The position numbers and the translations under genes are program-made. Of a stretch of DNA of 64,000 nt, positions 16,400 through 30,683 are shown piece by piece (position 1 is the stretch's first letter; each line of letters starts with the position of its first letter). The stretch lies in NCBI GenBank assembly GCA_964016885.1, contig OZ024756.1:33666001-33730000 (forward strand). Reading direction: 5' to 3'. A model generated the notes under the pieces. The model saw only the letters and a list, made by a program, of their open reading frames with translations. It was not told the origin of the DNA and did no database searches. This stretch comes from Eledone cirrhosa (taxonomy: Eukaryota).

Positions 16400-16700
16400 C
16401 GAAGATTAGTATTACAATTGTTCTATCAACGGAGAAACCTTCTCATGTAATTAACGTGCACGTGGATAATATACCAATGTAACATTGACGTATTTCTCAG
16501 GAAAGTTGGGTGACACATTTTGACATGGCTAGCCAGTCGAATTACAGGTGTGGCTCATTTTTTTTCCAGATGGAGTCGAGAGGAACTTGATGATAAATAT
16601 CTTCTTAGAGGAAACAACGTGCCTCCTCCAAAAATCAAAATTACTACGATTCTATCGAGAATATAACCTTTAAAAACGAAGCCAAAATATTTCAGGAAAC
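16400..16700 (-). mobile_element. SINE family C (old)
   Basis: AATTAACGTGCACGTGG...GAATTACAGGT...CTCATTTTTTTCCAG matches 34890-35030 in reverse complement. Confidence 0.45.
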
Positions 16701-16799
16701 GTGTAAAGTTTTGAGCATTCCACAGATATTTATACTTGAGAAAGGATTATCTGATTGGCGGAATCAATTTACTCATCATAAACAAAACCAATAAGGAAG

Positions 16800-17013
16800 T
16801 TACAATATGTTGGTCCGTTTTGCTAAACGTAGCAACGAAGATTTTGTTAATGCATATTTTTGACTTCAGACCCGAGGGATCAGCTTCGTATTTTGTTTTT
16901 TTTTATCATTTCGAGATCAATAATACGTGCCAGTCTTGTACTGGGTTCGATTCTTCCTATATATCTTTCTAACTTCATCTTTCTTTACCTCACACACACA
17001 CACACACACTCTC

Positions 17014-17083
<70 letters not shown>

Positions 17084-17180
17084 CTCGTTCTCTCTCTCTC
17101 TCTCTCTTGAACATATCGGCCTGTATTCATACATGGAGAAGGCATGGGTTCCGCCGGTTTTACAATATATCTACAACACC
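16800..17180 (+). mobile_element. SINE family B with expanded (CT)n
   Basis: CATTTCGAGATCAATAATACGTGCCAGTCTTGTACTGGGTTCGATTCTTCCT, then (CT)n, then GGAGAAGGCATGGG; compare 61306-61585. Confidence 0.5.
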
Positions 17181-17939
17181 GTTCTTCCTTATTTCGTTTA
17201 TTTAGTCCCAAAATCTACCTATCAACCCATCCAACCATTCAACCATACATACATAAATCCATAGATAAAATCTTGTTTCTACTCTATTGCGTATGCATCG
17301 ATTGTGTTGATGCATTTCGCAACACCAATACACTTTAACTAAATAAATAAATATCTGTTCTTATTTATATCTTCGCCATTCCTTATTGAGTTCAGATATA
17401 ACATCCAACGATATTCCATCCACGAACTACACGTATTTATTTTTCTTTGATAAGGTAGGGGGTGTAGGCGTCATTCATATATCAGAGGCTAGATTATCCA
17501 ATGTCTCCCCTCTTTTTTATTAAGACAGCTGGCTGTGATTTCTGAGAAGTTTATATGCTAATCATACCAGATAGAGCAGCTACATATAAGCTCCCTCGCT
17601 GTTTTCTTTATGCTGAACTAAGCTGACACAATTGAAGGTAAGGTGATTGCCTTAGAAATTCCATCATTAAACATTTCCACAGGGGAATTAAATTATGGAA
17701 ATGCCAGTTAATAAAGGATTCGCAAGATTTAGTTTTGCCATTGATCAGTAAGACATTTATCCCACCTTGACACACTTTAGGACTAATGAAGCATATGTTG
17801 TTATGTATTCAAATCTGAAATACTCAATACGCAGATGAAGAAGTGTTAGCAGGTTCATCATCATTTATATTCTACAAGGATATATTATATGTACATAAGT
17901 CTATAGACCTCCGTCAGGTTTAAAGAGAAGAGTGTTAGT

Positions 17940-18240
17940 GGCTCGATCTACGGAACACCTTTTTCGTGAAATTAATGTGACCATTCCACAGTCACAGACA
18001 CGTGTATCCACGTGTACTGTTAACATAATTCTCAAATAATAAACTGAATATATATGACAAGGTTAACTCGATCTACTGAACAACTTCCTCGTGAAATTAA
18101 TGTGTAAGGGATTCTGTAGACACAGACACATGTGCCTTTAATGTAATTCTCAAGGAATGAACTGAGAATATATGAGATAAGGGTAGTTCGATCTTCGGAA
18201 CAGCTTCCTCATGAAATGAATGTGTAAGTGAGTGAGAATT
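17940..18240 (-). repeat. About 2.5 diverged tandem copies (~120 bp) of a SINE family C 3' segment
   Basis: TCGATCTACGGAACA...GTGAAATTAATGTG...CACAGACAC...TAATTCTCAA recurs at about 17943, 18068 and 18188. Confidence 0.75.
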
Positions 18241-18243
18241 CTA

Positions 18244-18279
<36 letters not shown>

Positions 18280-18775
18280 GTCCTATTCCCCTCGTGGACT
18301 CAATTCACCTCCCCAATTTCTCTAATACACCGTCCATTATCACACCCCTTGATTCCTATCGCTTTCTCTTGATCATTAGCAGCTTCTCTTACTACTAACA
18401 CATACCGATACACACCCTTATATTAACATACGTTTGCTCATAGCTTCGTACTTACATGCACACACACTCTTTTACTCACATATACACCCACATTTCTTCT
18501 TAGCTTCGTACGGACCTATAATAAGACACACACACACACACTAACTCATGCTTACTCACGTGCTCAAGTATAGCTCTTTTTACAAAACGGTTTTTTTCCA
18601 TTTCAAATAGACGCCTTCCATCATCCACTTTGCTAAATTATACATACACAAAACGCCAGCACCAACAGTTTTGCAAGAGATGTCAACATGAATGGACCTG
18701 TTATTTTTATTTAAAGACATTTTTTCCAGTTCCAACCCGCTCGTCTCCTCAGTCTATTTTATTTCTTCTTCTTTC

Positions 18776-18807
18776 TTCTGATGAATGACTAGCGTCCGAA
18801 ACGTCAA
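18776..18807 (+). ncRNA. Minimal hammerhead-like motif (degenerate)
   Basis: TT-CTGATGA-ATGAC TAGC GTCC-GAAA-CG-TC-AA, with (TA)n 15 bp downstream. A related copy lies at 57797-57832. Confidence 0.5.
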
Positions 18808-18820
18808 TACCATATTCCTG

Positions 18821-18893
<73 letters not shown>

Positions 18894-19445
18894 TATACAC
18901 ATATACACACATTCACACAAATACGCACATTCACACACATACAACAGGTCATCATTAACAAAAAAGGCGATGGTTATTTTGAGTTTAAATATGTGGGGAA
19001 TGAATCAACGTTGACTTGAAGTTGGATGACAGCAACTACAACAACAACAACAAAAGTAATCTTAACTAAAACAACAACAACAAAAATAATCTCAACTACA
19101 ACACCAACAATAACAACACCAACATATCAGCAATAGCCAAGACAACAACAGCAACAAATACAAAAGCGTTATGAGGATATCATTTTCACTATTTATATTC
19201 TCATATGTTTTCGGTGTCATCTCTTATCATTAATTCCTGTAGTGAACAATGAGGCGCAGTTCAATTTATCTCTGTCAACAAGTGCATTACAAGGACTTCG
19301 TTAAATTGGATGAGACAGTCGCCAGCGAGACTTAATGCTTTCCAATTAAAGAAATTCTTGTACGAAAGACATAATAAAAGAAAGTGAAACCATTTCTGCA
19401 AATGAAATATGTCCTGAGGTCGATTGAGAATATAACATAGCACTT

Positions 19446-19957
<512 letters not shown>

Positions 19958-20077
19958 GTGAAGGCGCGTGGCTGAGTGGTTAGAGAGTTGGATTCGCAAT
20001 CGTAAGGTTGTGAGTTCGATTCCTGGACCAGGCGATGCGTTATGTCCTTGAGCAAGACGCTTTATTTCACGTTGCTC
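19958..20077 (+). mobile_element. tRNA-derived SINE family C head
   Basis: A box TGGCTGAGTGG (19969-19979), B box GAGTTCGATTCC (20012-20023), then CORE-like TGTCCTTGAGCAAGACGCTTTATTTCACGTTGCTC. Confidence 0.85.
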
Positions 20078-20084
20078 TTTCTAC

Positions 20085-20921
<837 letters not shown>

Positions 20922-21020
20922 GTATATATATATATGTATATATATATATATGTATATATACATATTTATATATATATGAATAAACGAAGTGACTTATAAC
21001 CTGTTGACTTGTACTTCATG

Positions 21021-21057
<37 letters not shown>

Positions 21058-21058
<1 letters not shown>

Positions 21059-21163
21059 ACAAAGGAATTGTGGTAAGGAACCAGATGGACCATAATGCAC
21101 CAGAGTACTCAATACTTAGGGTAGTTGAGTGGGTAGTAGAATGCCGTCGGGGTCATACTTTTT

Positions 21164-21166
<3 letters not shown>
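21058..21166. mobile_element. Family F hairpin element (centre deleted) in (TA)n
   Basis: AAGGAATTGTGGTAAGGAACCAGATGGACCATAATGCACC...GTACTCAATAC...GCCGTCGGGGTC; homologous to 56498-56704. Confidence 0.85.
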
Positions 21167-21210
<44 letters not shown>

Positions 21211-21237
21211 TTATATATATAATTATATATATATATA

Positions 21238-21299
<62 letters not shown>

Positions 21300-21600
21300 T
21301 TTAGGTGCATATATAGATATATTTTCCATATATGTATCTATGTTTCTATGCATATATGTTGGTATGCATGGTTTTATACATGTATGCATACATATGTTTG
21401 CGTGTATATATGTATGTTTGTTTCTTCACACGTACCTCTATGCACGTTTGCCCCTCTTCAGAGGTACTTTACTCAATCTGCTCAACTAATGCTTATAGCG
21501 ATCGTTTGTTATTATAAGATGCAATCATTTCAAATTTTCCAAATGTCTTTTAAGGCAACCTCTTTACTTAAACATAAACGCACCTACACACAAATGGACG

Positions 21601-21636
<36 letters not shown>

Positions 21637-21776
21637 AAACGGCGAGCACTGTACGGCATAATTCGGGCTGCTTGTTTACAAACAAACCAAACATTATAAT
21701 AAATGTTCGGTAAACCCATGCGTACATATATATATGTGTGCATGTATGTATATATATATACATACTGCGTCTGTAC

Positions 21777-21816
<40 letters not shown>

Positions 21817-21826
21817 TAATAATAAT

Positions 21827-22006
21827 AATTGTTTAGGCACAAGGCCAGCAATTACCCAGTGCAGTACTGGTACTTTATTTTATCGACCGCGTAAAGATGA
21901 AAGGCAAAGTCAACCTCGGCGGGATTTGAAGTCAGATTGTAAAGGGACGTAACTATGCTGGAAAGCATGGCGTCTGACCCTCTACCGATACTGCCAATCC
22001 ACCGCC
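21827..22006 (-). mobile_element. SINE family A with (TTA)n tail
   Basis: Reverse complement starts GGCGGTGGATTGGCAGTATCGG. The tail is the (TAA)n tract at 21778-21828. Confidence 0.92.
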
Positions 22007-22047
22007 CTTATATAATAATAATAATAATAATAATTATATATCTTTCG

Positions 22048-22078
<31 letters not shown>

Positions 22079-22079
<1 letters not shown>

Positions 22080-22855
22080 GGGCCTTTCCGCAGCTCATTT
22101 CTTTGACTGAGCTGCAGTCCTGTGTCAAGAAGAGACCGAGACTGGGTGACTGGCACCTGGAATGTTGCCAGGCACTCACTGCCCTCTACCAAGCGGGCAA
22201 TGCGATCAGTGGAACTTCCACTCTCGAGTTTTATAGAGGATTAGTGGTGGGCAAGTGCAATGACGCACTCGGAGAAGCTTTGGGCCTCGACGAAGTCGAA
22301 CTGACCAGTCTGTACCGGAGGACTTTTGAGCCGGGGACGATGGACAATTTCCAGAAATCCCTCGCTTGGCAGTGCTACCGGGGGGCACTGCCGGTTCGGG
22401 ATAAACTCTACAGGCACGGAAGTGCTGTCAGACGGACCTGCCCAAGATGCGCACAGAACGATGAAACCGTTCTGCACGCACTTGTCCAATGTCCGTGCAT
22501 TACTGACTTGTGGAGTTATGTCGAACAGCTACTGTCGCGTGTGGAACGAATCCAGTTATCGGCCGAGTCCATAGTGAAGATCGAGCCGCCACCTTCCTTA
22601 GGTCAGGAAGAGCAGGACATTTTCCTCTGTCTGGTGGCAGTTGCGAAAGAGATTATATGGTGGACCAGGTTGAAAGGACTAAAGACAGACACTTTTCTCT
22701 TCGGCCAATCCCTCATCAACTTCTTCAAGTTTCACCTGGAAAGGAGGGTGAGGGTGGAGAGAGAAGTGCTGCCCCCCAGTACATTTGCTAAAAGGTGGGT
22801 GAATGTGGCGAGAATGGCTCGTGTGAATGGGCCTACTCTGACCATGCGCCTATAG
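22079..22855 (+). pseudogene. Partial LINE ORF2 with zf-RVT-type CCHC zinc knuckle
   Basis: WQCYRGALPVRDKL...CPRCAQNDETVLHALVQCP...LWS...AKEIIWWTR. No true start codon (5' truncation) and no RT domain in the window. Confidence 0.85.
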
Positions 22856-23131
22856 GCTGGCTAACTTGAGGAGAGGGGTGCTCTCCTGGGTGCCCTAGAA
22901 GCGCAGGGTGGTTCAGGATTGGTGGGGTACCCGAATCACCCCAGGGTCGTCCACCCCCTATCGGGGAATTTATTTTGTTATATTTTGCATAGTTTATTTT
23001 ATATTTTATATTTTCATTGTTAAATTAGTCTTGCCATTGTGCACTTTTACTCGACCTTATTGTAAACCCCCACTGTCCCTGTCTTTGTATTGTCCCCTAC
23101 ATGTCGGCCCTTGTGGCTAATAAATGAAATC
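22079..23131 (+). mobile_element. 5'-truncated L1/Tx1-clade LINE: ORF2 C-terminus plus 3' UTR
   Basis: GC-rich island whose frame is open from 22079 to the stop at 22855. T-rich 3' UTR with AATAAA at 23119. Flanked on both sides by (ATT)n. Confidence 0.85.
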
Positions 23132-23191
23132 ATTATTATTATTATTATTAATATTATTATTATTATTATTAATAATAATAATAATAATAAT

Positions 23192-23325
23192 AAAAAGGCA
23201 TGCTTACTGGGAACAGCAAGAACCCTCCGATACGTCCTGAATATATGAGGCTGCAGGTAATGGCTTGATATTCATTTCAATAAACTTTCCAGTTAACTAA
23301 CATCGATGACTGAGACTCAAAGAAC
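23192..23325 (+). mobile_element. Short 3' end of a Dong/R4-like LINE in (TAA)n
   Basis: Encodes KACLLGTARTLRYVLNI-stop plus 3' UTR; closely matches 23588-23718. (TAA)n on both sides. Confidence 0.8.
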
Positions 23326-23344
23326 AATAATAATAATAATAATG

Positions 23345-23412
<68 letters not shown>

Positions 23413-23416
<4 letters not shown>

Positions 23417-23715
23417 GCAAGAGAAGGAGAGGGAGAAAATTAACCGATACCAGGACTTAAAGTGGGAGGTAAAAAGGATTTGGAACTGCCATGAAGTCAA
23501 AGTGGTCCCGATTGTCATAGGCGCACTCAAAAAGTTTCCAGGGATGGTTAAAGAAAATTGGCCCCTTCACGCTTTTTGGAACGCTTCAAAAGGCATGCTT
23601 GCTGGGCCAGCAAGAACCCTCCGATACGTCCTGAATATCTGAGGCTGCAGGTAGTGGCTTGATATTTATTCCAACGGACTTTCCAGTTAACTAACATCAA
23701 TGACTGAGATTCAAG

Positions 23716-23718
<3 letters not shown>
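23413..23718 (+). mobile_element. 3' end of a Dong/R4-like LINE (RLE domain C-terminus) in (TAA)n
   Basis: EKEREKINRYQDLKWEVKRIWNCHEVKVVPIVIGAL, then frameshifted LQKACLLG..ARTLRYVL. (TAA)n on both sides. Confidence 0.8.
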
Positions 23719-23773
<55 letters not shown>

Positions 23774-23969
23774 CGAAAGATATAACTTTATATCATCACT
23801 ATTTATTCCATTATATATATTTCGGGGATGCAAATGTTTTGTTTAACATAAATCAGAGCAAGCTTTCTTCAGACAAAATACATATGCTATGTATAATTTA
23901 TTTCATGATATACCAGCACAGCAAGAATGATCTTGATAGATCAGTGACAAGTCTTTCAGCCATTGTGTA

Positions 23970-24012
<43 letters not shown>

Positions 24013-24049
24013 TTAATATCTAGTAACATATATATACATACAGATGCAT

Positions 24050-24390
24050 ATCAATGCTAGCAAATATATAGGTTTTGTCTTAGTAACTTTGTGGTTCAAT
24101 GCATGGGGTTGCAGAACAATAATATGAGAGACGTAAAATAAGAAAATTATAAAATTAACTTACTTACTAAAATATCACTTCCAACTAATTAGTTTCTGGA
24201 ATGGAATAAATATATTTTCCGAAGAAAACATGGAGAATCATTCCGTCGTCAGGGAAGACTATTCTCATCTAAGTATCCAGGCAAAGCGTGGACTCTGGAA
24301 ACTTCGGAAAATATATTTATTCCATTCCAGAAACTAATTAGTTGGAAGTGATATTTTAGTAAGTTAATTTTATAATTTTCTTATTTTACG

Positions 24391-24400
<10 letters not shown>
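24050..24400 (-). mobile_element. Penelope-like terminus with ~100-bp inverted arms (family H)
   Basis: Arms 24122-24223 and 24302-24400; abuts (TA)n. Homologous to 61845-62090. Confidence 0.8.
24178..24257 (-). ncRNA. Type I hammerhead ribozyme motif
   Basis: CTTCC-CTGACGA-CGGAATG...CATTCCA-GAAA-CTAATTAG-TT-GGAAG. Confidence 0.8.
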
Positions 24401-24423
<23 letters not shown>

Positions 24424-24556
24424 ACACTCCGTCTAGCCCTACACCTTGACGCTGAAGTGAATCTAAACATTGAGTGCTCACTCGGCTGAACCTACAGTAC
24501 ATTCCCTGGATATATATATATATATAAAGTATATATATATTTAATAAAGAGAGGTG

Positions 24557-24645
<89 letters not shown>

Positions 24646-24659
24646 GTGTGGATTTCCAA

Positions 24660-24790
24660 TAAGTAACGATTGTGACCATAGTTATGAAAGTACTCAATAC
24701 GTTAGTAAAAGCTAGACATCTTTATTTCATATAGAAATCACTTCGCCGAGACTTGAACTGTTTCATTCGTATGATATCATCAGGATATGA
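24660..24790 (-). mobile_element. Fragment related to 10262-10420 with hammerhead-like core
   Basis: AAAGTACTCAATAC at 24688. Minus strand has CTGATGA-TATCATACGAAT-GAAA-CAGTTC. Confidence 0.5.
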
Positions 24791-27333
24791 CTATTTTGTT
24801 GTTATTTTTTCTATTGAAAAAGTTATGGTGGTAACATCAGCTTTGTGTATATAAGGGTGTTGATAAGACGGTGTTAATATTGATTATTATTATCTAAATC
24901 CACATTTTTGAAATACTGATAAACATCCCCGTAGACATTCCAAAGCAACTGCTGAACCATTGAACGCTAATCGGAAACTTCGCCTAACTCACACAGTCGA
25001 AATGTAAGACTAAGTTTGAATATGATGTATTAATTTTAATATAACGCACCAGAAGCATTTAAAATCATATTATCTTTACAGATGGTTGTGTCAAAAGAAA
25101 AGCGTGCTTTGCTTTCAATACTATCAAATTGTTCTTTATATTCAATTACTCATTTGTCATTTTATCTGTAAATTGAACATCAACCAGTCTCTTGTTACCT
25201 AAAGCGTAAGTGACTGGAGAAATTTTATCAGACCGTGCTGCTAGTCAACATTTCCGACGAAATATCTCCAAACCCAATCGATATTATCTTTCAGATCACT
25301 GCCAAAAATAACAAATCGATGAATTTCCAATCTACTTAGAAAATATCTATATATGTTTGCAGAGTTTATGGACCGTACTGCACCCACATTTATATCATTT
25401 CTTCTAGCCAGCGCTTCCATTTGAAATAAAACCTATTCCTTCTCTGACCGACAAAGCATGATTGAGAATAAAGAAAAAACCACATACATACATACCCGAA
25501 AGGAAAAGAATGAAATCTAGGACCGAATTTCCTGTCAAGTATCGTTAGAAAATGAATATATCAAATGGTATATCTGGTAAAACTATTTTCTGTATATTTG
25601 CTTCGTTTTCAGTCTTTGAACTGTTTCGTGGTACATAATACGAGCTACACATCAGTAAACATATTTACAACTGGCTGCATTCAGAAATGTTAACAGCTCA
25701 TGTTATATCAACGTACTCAGATATATGAAAGGAAAAGTAGCATTGACCTCAATGAGGTGAATACTCGAGTGTGTTGAAACTTCGTCTGTTCTGATGATGT
25801 GATTTCTAGTTGTTTGATGAATGGTACAAACTACCTGTGAAATTAACGTGCATTTGCCAGGGCATTCCCCAGAGACGTGCATCCTTAATGTAGTTCTTAG
25901 GAGTATTCAGCGCGACACAATTGATTTAGGATTACATTTGTGTCCCTTGAATTCTGAATTAATTTTCTTTGTTTTTTTTTTTAGTTGCTGTTGCTGCTGT
26001 TGTTGACTCAACATGGCGTTCGTGTGAGAGATAGACAGAAATACCGTACAGTTATTATAGTAGAGACTGATGTATAAAAGCATATATGGATAGAAAATGA
26101 AAAGCAATAGAGTTACTATGGAAATGAACACTACATTCTCCATTTAGACATCCTGTCTAGTAAATGTTGAATGTAAAAAGCATTGAAATGATAAAATCTG
26201 TTGTAAGAATAAAGAGACCAGCAACTATGAAACCGCTTTATGGGTTGGATTTTTATGTTAAAGTACAAACCAGATTCTTTGAATAAATCATTAAAAAATA
26301 TTGTATAATAATGCTATTTTTCAACCTGAATAGAATAAAAATAATAATAATAATTTTCTAATAATATTATTTTTGGTGATAATAATAATAATACAAATAA
26401 TAATAATAATATGCAATTATGAATCGAAACATTTTGTATATTCTTTTTAATGTCTGAAGTAAATATATAGAAAGGAGAGAAAAAATAACATTTATTTAAA
26501 AATACAATGCAATAAAGGAGAAATCGCCAATATCTAGTTTGTTGTATTCGGAGAATACATTCTTTGAGAATTCAATTGAAACCTTTTAACTGGAACATAA
26601 TTCTTATTTCTGCCGTTAGTAATTTCTCATAGAAAATGCATTTAACTTATTTAGAATAATAGAAAACAAAAAAATAATATTTTTCGCAGTTTGCTTCGTA
26701 TTATATTTGTAATTATTTTTAACTGTCGCAGTTTTGCGATTTTCATATTACTTTTATTTGTTTGGAAATGTGTACGTGATTTTCCTTTAGGAAAATATAC
26801 ACAAAATGAAAATAAAACAATATATGTTCACTACGTATAAAAGAAAAAGAAAATATGTTCATATACATTAAAGTAGTTTACATTGTAATTATAATATATT
26901 GTTTTTGACAACGTATTGTATCGCCTAAAACGAATTCTGTTCCAAGTCTATACTTACATTTATATTGCGGAACCGTGTTTAACACTTAAATTTGTTTTAA
27001 CCTAAACGTATTAATATATGTTTCTTTCAATATACCACCTGAGATAATATTTGTATAGTTAGTAAATTGCTTTACTTAAATTTTGTTTGGTTTCAAACTT
27101 CGCTATAAATATTTATTTGTTAATCAGCTGGTGAACATGAATGTCTTTACAAAGATATCACACTCAATCAGCTAACAACATTGTACAATAGACAATCTAT
27201 TGTTTGGTAGTTACATAACACAAGGACTGATCTGTGCGCCTCGAATAGCTTTCATTTTAGACTGGCTTAATCAGGTCTAATCTGGGCCTAAACAAGAAGA
27301 GAATCAACTAGGTATTCTGGTTAATCATTTGAC

Positions 27334-27473
27334 GCATAGAGTTACGGCCCTTGCCATTCTGAGTTCAAATCCCGCTGAGGTTAACTTTGCCTTTCATCCT
27401 TACGGGGGCGAAAAAATAAAGTACCAGTAAAGCACTGGGTAATTGCTGGCCTTGTGCCAAAAGTAGAAACAAA
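27334..27473 (+). mobile_element. SINE family A, 5'-truncated
   Basis: GCATAGAGTTACGGCCC...CTGAGTTCAAATCCCGCTGAGG...GCCAAAAGTAGAAACAA. Confidence 0.9.
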
Positions 27474-27617
27474 CATTTACATACTGAACAGTGTGTAGTA
27501 GAACAATTATAACGCTGATGTACATTAACCAATATTGCCTTTAATTTGTGTATATAAAGAAACATTTGCTGTATTTGCCTTTTGCATATAAACTAGTCAG
27601 AGAGTAAAGAGTAGGCC

Positions 27618-27663
27618 CCGAGCTGTTAAGTGTTGGAGACCTCCGAGCTGTTAAGTGTTGGAG
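27618..27663 (+). repeat. 21-bp direct duplication
   Basis: CCGAGCTGTTAAGTGTTGGAG occurs twice, separated by ACCT. Confidence 0.9.
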
Positions 27664-27973
27664 GTATGCTTCTGAGTGTGGAGAACTAGCCCTATGGTTT
27701 ACGGCTGCAATAATTATCTAATGTCACACAAGGATTAAGCTACTTCTACTCAAGTAGAAACACAGGCTCACCGAAATTGTTTCCACAGAGTTTAGGTCAG
27801 TCGATTGTACCCAACAAAGCTTATACCGGAACGAGACTATATCGTAGAAGATACTAGCCCATTAAGATTTAACCGAAGTTTCATGACCCTACCTGTTTGA
27901 GAATATCAAAGAATAAACTGTATAATTTAAGTGCTTGAATTACATATTATTATTTTTTCTGTATTGGATGGAT

Positions 27974-30683
27974 TGGCAGGTATTAGAGACATTGGTGGCC
28001 TAGTGGTAGGTATTAGAGACATTGGTGGCCTAGTGGTAGGTAGTAGAGATATTGGTGGCCTAGTGGTAGGTATCAGAGATATTGGTGGCCTAGTGGTAGG
28101 TATTAGAGACATTGGTGGCCTAGTGGTAGGTAGGTATTAGAGACATTGGTGGCCTAGTGGTAGGTATTAGAGACATTGGTGGCCTAGTGGTAGGTATTAG
28201 AGACATTGGTGGCCTAGTGGTAGGTAGTAGAGACTTTGGTGGCCTAGTGGTAGGTATCAGAGATATTGGTGGCCTAGTGGTAGGTATTAGAGACATTGGT
28301 GGCCTAGTGGTAGGTATTAGAGACATTGGTGGCCTAGTGGTAGGTAGTAGAGACATTGGTGGCCTAGTGGTAGGTAGTAGAGACATTGGTGGCCTAGTGG
28401 TAGATATTAGAGACATTGGTGGCCTAGTGGTAGATATTAGAGACATTGGTGGCCTAGTGGTAGGTATTAGAGACATCGGTGGCCTAGTGGTAGGTATCAG
28501 AGATATTGGTGGCCTAGTGGTAGGTATTAGAGACATCGGTGGCCTAGTGGTAGGTAGTAGAGACATTGGTGGCCTAGTGGTAGGTATTAGAGACATTGGT
28601 GGCCTAGTGGTAGATATTAGAGACATTGGTGGCCTAGTGGTAGGTATTAGAGACATCGGTGGCCTAGTGGTAGGTATTAGAGACATTGGTGGCCTAGTGG
28701 TAGGTATTAGAGACATTGGTGACCTAGTGGTAGGTAGTAGAGACATTGGTGGCCTAGTGGTAGGTATTAGACACAGCGGTGGACTAGTGGTAGGTAGTAG
28801 AGACATTGGTGGCCTAGTGGTAGGTATTAGAGACATTGGTGGCCTAGTGGTAGGTATTAGACACAGCGGTGGACTAGTGGTAGGTATCAGAGATATTGGT
28901 GGCCTAGTGGTAGGTATTAGAGACATCGGTGGCCTAGTGGTAGGTATCAGAGATATTGGTGGCCTAGTGGTAGGTATTAGAGACATTGGTGGCCTAGTGG
29001 TAGGTATTAGAGACATTGGTGGCCTAGTGGTAGGTATTAGAGACATTGGTGACCTAGTGGTAGGTAGTAGAGACATTGGTGGCCTAGTGGTAGGTATTAG
29101 AAACATTGGTGGCCTAGTGGTAGGTAGTAGAAACATTGGTGGCCTAGTGGTAGGTATTAGAGACATTGGTGGCCTAGTGGTAGGTATTAGAGACATTGGT
29201 GGCCTAGTGGTAGGTATTAGAAACATTGGTGGCCTAGTGGTAGGTAGTAGAAACATTGGTGGCCTAGTGGTAGGTATTAGAGACATTGGTGGCCTAGTGG
29301 TAGGTAGTAGAGACATTGGTGGCCTAGTGGTAGGTATTAGAGACATTGGTGGCCTAGTGGTAGGTAGTAGAGACATTGGTGGCCTAGTGGTAGGTATTAG
29401 ACACAGCGGTGGACTAGTGGTAGGTATTAGAGACATTGGTGACCTAGTGGTAGGTATTAGAGACAGCGGTGGCCTAGTGGTAGGTATTAGAGACATTGGT
29501 GGCCTAGTGGTAGGTATTAGAGACATTAGTGGCCTAGTGGTAGGTATTAGACACAGCGGTGGACTAGTGGTAGATATTAGAGACATTGGTGGCCTAGTGG
29601 TAGGTATTAGAGACATTGGTGGCCTAGTGGTAGGTATTAGAGACATTGGTGACCTAGTGGTAGGTAGTAGAGACATTGGTGGCCTAGTGGTAGGTATTAG
29701 AAACATTGGTGGCCTAGTGGTAGGTAGTAGAAACATTGGTGGCCTAGTGGTAGGTATTAGAGACATTGGTGGCCTAGTGGTAGGTATTAGAGACATTGGT
29801 GGCCTAGTGGTAGGTATTAGAGACATTGGTGACCTAGTGGTAGGTAGTAGAGACATTGGTGGCCTAGTGGTAGGTATTAGAAACATTGGTGGCCTAGTGG
29901 TAGGTAGTAGAAACATTGGTGGCCTAGTGGTAGGTATTAGAGACATTGGTGGCCTAGTGGTAGGTATTAGAGACATTGGTGGCCTAGTGGTAGGTATTAG
30001 AGACATTGGTGACCTAGTGGTAGGTAGTAGAGACATTGGTGGCCTAGTGGTAGGTATTAGAAACATTGGTGGCCTAGTGGTAGGTAGTAGAAACATTGGT
30101 GGCCTAGTGGTAGGTATTAGAGACATTGGTGGCCTAGTGGTAGGTATTAGAGACATTGGTGGCCTAGTGGTAGGTATTAGAAACATTGGTGGCCTAGTGG
30201 TAGGTAGTAGAAACATTGGTGGCCTAGTGGTAGGTATTAGAGACATTGGTGGCCTAGTGGTAGGTAGTAGAGACATTGGTGGCCTAGTGGTAGGTATTAG
30301 AGACATTGGTGGCCTAGTGGTAGGTATTAGAGACATTGGTGGCCTAGTGGTAGGTAGTAGAGACATTGGTGGCCTAGTGGTAGGTATTAGACACAGCGGT
30401 GGACTAGTGGTAGGTATTAGAGACATTGGTGACCTAGTGGTAGGTATTAGAGACAGCGGTGGCCTAGTGGTAGGTATTAGAGACATTGGTGGCCTAGTGG
30501 TAGGTATTAGAGACATTAGTGGCCTAGTGGTAGGTATTAGACACAGCGGTGGACTAGTGGTAGATATTAGAGACATTAGTGGCCTAGTGGTAGATATTAG
30601 AGACATTAGTGGCCTAGTGGTAGGTATTAGAGACATTAGTGGCCTAGTGGTAGGTATTAGAGACAGCGGTAGCCTAGTGGCAG
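27974..30683 (+). repeat. 30-bp minisatellite, about 90 units, consensus GGTGGCCTAGTGGTAGGTATTAGAGACATT
   Basis: Directly visible tandem array with a few recurrent variants and one 4-bp TAGG duplication at about 28131. Confidence 0.99.

Noticed and set aside
19963-20035. tRNA gene
   Set aside because: It has A and B boxes but no clean cloverleaf or terminator, and it continues into a SINE body shared with other copies.
27974-30683. CRISPR array
   Set aside because: Units are contiguous with no unique spacers, there are no cas genes, and the context is eukaryotic.
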